Part shown: in pieces, positions 61,801-64,000 of the stretch | How the letters are laid out: each line of letters begins with the position of its first letter | Numbering within the stretch: the stretch's first letter is position 1 | Source: Macrostomum lignano | Taxonomy: Eukaryota | NCBI GenBank assembly: GCA_002269645.1 | Contig: NIVC01000020.1 | Span: 806,001 to 870,000, forward strand | DNA length: 64,000 bases | Direction of reading: 5' to 3' | Position numbers and translations under genes: made by a program | Notes under the pieces: generated by a model | Databases searched by the model: none | Told to the model about the DNA's origin: nothing | The model's input: the letters and a program-made list of their open reading frames with translations, nothing else

Positions 61801-63830
61801 TATATTGATAGAATTCCCTTTGATGCGCTGCTCACTCCATTGATAATTCCCTTTGATGCGCCACTCACTCCATTGATAATTCCCTTTGATGCGCTGCTCA
61901 CTCCATTGATAATTCCCTTTGATGCGCTGCTCACTCCATTGATAATTCCCTTTGATGTGCCGCTCACTCCATTGATAATTCCCTTTGATGCGCCGCCCCG
62001 CAGTGGCGCCGTCCCCCAGCCTGATGCAGGAGACGCAGCTGCAGTTTGACACGAACGCCACTCTCACCTGGAACCAAAGACGGCGAATTCCCGGCCAGTT
62101 GCTATACTACAGGGTCCGCTACTCCCCCATCTCCTATCCGGCTGTCCAGTATCAGCTGAACGTGTCTGCCCAGCACAACCGAGTCGTGCTCACCAAACTG
62201 CAGCCCATGAGCGAATACCGGGTCTCCCTGGCCGCTGTCACCGGCCTGGGCCCGGGCGCCGAGTCCAACACCATCGTGGTGTCCACCGAGCCCAGCTGGC
62301 CCAGCTCGCCAAGGCAGGTGCAAATCGAAACGGGCTTCGAGGCCGGCGCCGTGGTCTCCTGGGCGCACAGCCGCTTCACAATGCAGATTCCCAAATCCCG
62401 AAAGAGCTCGGGCATCCCACTCGAAGCGCCGGCTAGGAAATATCCCGCCCACCTGCTGGCCTTTCGCGTCAGCTGGGCCTTCCTGGACCCGGCCGGTCCC
62501 GGGGCCGCCCGCACCTCCGGGCACATGGAGACCAAGCCTCTTAATGACATGTCTGGCTGTAGCTGCTCAGCCACGGACTGGAGGCCCCGCTCCCCCAGCA
62601 CGCCCTGCCGGGATCAGCCGGATCGGATTTGCGTGAGTTCTCAGACTGCATCCCCCAGCATCCTCTATACTGCATCCCCCCAGCATCCTCTGTACTGCAT
62701 CCCCCCAGCATCCTCTGTACTGCATCCCCCAGCATCCTCTGTACTGCATCCCCCCAGCATCCTCTGTACTGCATCCCCCAGCATCCTCTGTACTGCATCC
62801 CCCAGCATCCTCTGTACTGCATCCCCCAGCATCCTCTATACTGCATCCCCCAGCATCCTCTATACTGCATCTCCCAGCATCCTCTATACTGCATCCCCCA
62901 GCATCCTCTATACTGCATCCCCCAGCATCCTCTATACTGCATCCCCCAGCATCCTCTGTACTGCATCCCCCAGCATCCTCTATACTGCATCCCCCAGCAT
63001 CCTCTATACTGCATCCCCCAGCATCCTCTATACTACATCCCCCAGCATCCTCTGTACTGCATCCCCCAGCATCCTCTATACTGCATCCCCCAGTATCCTC
63101 TATACTGCATCCCCCAGCATCCTCTATACTGCATCCCCCAGCATCCTCTATACTGCATCTCCCAGCATCCTCTCTACAGCATTCCCCAGCATCCTCTCTA
63201 CAGCATCCCCTAGCATCCTCTATACTACATCCCCCAGCATCCTCTATACTGCATCTCCCAGCATCCTCTCTACAGCATCCCCCAGCATCCTCTATACTGT
63301 ATCCCCCAGCAGCCTGTATTCTCTATTCCTCTATTCATCCAAGGTGTGATCAATGCCAATTATCCCGTCATCACAGGTGTGATCAATGCCACGTAGTAAC
63401 CAGTGCAATGCTGATTTTTTTATTCCCAGTTTCACAGCCCTCCCTCATCTCTTACCCCCTTCCAAACTCCAGGTGCTAATTCCCTGGTCCCAGCTGGCCG
63501 CCGGACGCTCTCCGCCGGACGACTCAGGCGTGCTCACCCGGGTCAGCTTCTCCGTGCGCAGCGTCGGCCTGTCGCAGTGGTCGGCCGGCCGGCGCTATCC
63601 CGGCCACGTGTCCGAGGATTGCACTACCGACATTCCGGCCGCGTACATTTTCCCCAAATCGGCGGCCTCCCATTCCACCAAGCAGCCGGTCATTGTGGGC
63701 GTCATTGTTGGTGGCTGCATCATGCTGTTGGCTATTGGGATCATCGCCTTCCTAATTTGGAAGTGGCTCTGCAGCCACCGTGGCTACCGCAGGCCGTTCG
63801 GCACTGCCATGGAAACGATGGAGTTCGTAG
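40835..63830 (+). CDS. Type I membrane receptor: signal peptide, V-type Ig domain, several FN3 domains, TM helix; cytoplasmic part lies beyond the window
   Basis: Exons 40835-40855 (inferred), 57501-57879, 58834-59399, 60343-60457, 62004-62632, 63473-63830, with all phases compatible. Ig: LSLGC...VEWQV...HEGRYRC. FN3: WVRLGWEPP...LSVYTSYCFAVRAVNSIG, LQPYSQYRLIIKAYN, LQPMSEYRVSLAAVTGLG. TM: VIVGVIVGGCIMLLAIGIIAFLIW. Exon 1 is less certain than the rest. Confidence 0.85.
43334..44235 (+). mobile_element. Non-autonomous (MITE-like) member of the CATACATG hAT family, interrupted by a nested insertion
   Basis: Ends CATACATACAAAAC and GTTGCGCACGTATG; 8-bp TSD TTTTTGTT at 43326-43333 and 44236-44243; collinear with 46641-46927. 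Confidence 0.88.
43497..44071. mobile_element. Nested 575-bp hAT-type MITE of a second family
   Basis: Ends CCAGGTTGCGGAT and ATCCGCACACTGG; 8-bp TSD AATGGCAG at 43489-43496 and 44072-44079; repeated GGCGTACA subterminal motifs. The empty site is visible in the homologous copy near 46770 (single AACGGCAG). Confidence 0.88.
44884..44945 (+). other. Decayed tRNA-like/SINE-head sequence
   Basis: A-box-like TAGCCTAGATG and B-box-like GGGTTTGAATCT (GGTTCGAATC with CpG decay) at tRNA-like spacing. Confidence 0.35.
44970..45830. repeat. Two degenerate minisatellites in the AT-rich intron
   Basis: 23-bp AAACATAAAAGAGCCACCATGTC (44970-45395); GGATGCTTGCTATCTGGG-type (45495-45830). Confidence 0.85.
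47372..51153 (+). pseudogene. Disrupted signal-peptide/LTD-like domain fused to a ZNF862-like hAT transposase
   Basis: Exon A 47372-48999 (acceptor at 47370; in-frame TAG at 48149-48151), intron 49000-49130, exon B from 49131 with frameshifts near 49385 and 49800. Transposase motifs: WFQY...CRIC zinc-finger-like, LDTTSD, TTDGASVMTG, HCAAHKLEL, RWVAS. No recognisable C-terminal ERxFS/dimerisation domain. Confidence 0.85.
51358..52976 (+). repeat. 1.6-kb satellite of the hAT subterminal motif TGCGACTTAG
   Basis: 10-21-bp units such as GCGACTTAGCTCGCCCTCGGT, GCGACTTAGCTCGGTCCTGCT and GCGACTTAGT, lying inside the TIRs. Confidence 0.95.
57298..57468. repeat. 31-bp repeat just upstream of the Ig exon acceptor
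   Basis: Unit TAGATAGTCACCCAGTCTACCCACCAATGAC, about 5 copies. Confidence 0.9.
57858..58489 (+). repeat. 53-bp tandem array spanning the Ig exon donor, about 12 copies
   Basis: Unit GTGACCAATGTGCTAGTGCGCG|GTGAGCAGCGGGAACTGGGATTTCATGTCAC. Confidence 0.96.
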
Positions 63831-64000
63831 GTGAGGCTGCCTCTCATTGTGTTCTGCACCCTGTCAGGTCTTTGTCGCGTAGCCTTTATTGTACGCTTCA
63901 GGGTCATGTCAGGTAATTGTACATATTAGAGTCATGTCGCGTCATGGAAGACTTTAGGGTCATGTCGGGTCATGGAAGACTTTAGGGTCATGTCGGGTCA
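59436..64000. repeat. Intronic minisatellites of the receptor gene
   Basis: 27-bp CCCCATCCAAATCTCCCCTAATGTAAT (59436-60180), 10-bp CAGCCTTTCT (60467-61232), 33-bp GCTCACTCCATTGATAATTCCCTTTGATGTGCC (61313-61992), 24-bp ACTGCATCCCCCAGCATCCTCTAT (62645-63312), and a 28-bp unit starting at about 63925. Confidence 0.92.

Noticed and set aside
1-64000. rRNA, intact tRNA, snRNA or spliced-leader RNA genes
   Set aside because: None recognised by eye; a covariance-model search (Infernal, tRNAscan-SE) would be needed to exclude them.

Overview
Eukaryotic (invertebrate animal) genomic DNA. GC-rich spliced exons are separated by introns and spacers filled with about 40 distinct minisatellite arrays. This resembles what is reported for the flatworm Macrostomum, but the organism is inferred, not shown. 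Five host genes can be assembled by hand with consistent GT-AG boundaries and phases: mRNA capping enzyme RNGTT (+, 2201-7601), DMAP1/Swc4 (+, 9378-~11659), an FMRFamide-receptor-like class A GPCR (-, 27627-23314), a 98-aa secreted PAN/apple-like protein (-, 34348-34052) and an Ig+FN3 single-pass receptor (+, probably from 40835, running off the window end). The receptor's proposed 16.6-kb first intron is AT-rich, CpG-depleted and rich in transposon sequence. The most notable object in it is a 6,552-bp hAT-like transposon (46641-53192) with perfect 14-bp TIRs and an 8-bp TSD. Its transposase reading frame is preceded in frame by a signal peptide and a lamin-tail-domain-like module, it carries a spare internal right end, and its subterminal motif is amplified into a 1.6-kb satellite. 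A second recurring pattern is four intronic arrays whose unit spans the exon/intron junction, so the 5' splice site is copied roughly 12 to tens of times. Copy-to-copy comparison of the hAT family shows a strong CpG deamination signature. All homology calls come from motif recognition by eye; no database search was run. Repeat boundaries and copy numbers are approximate.
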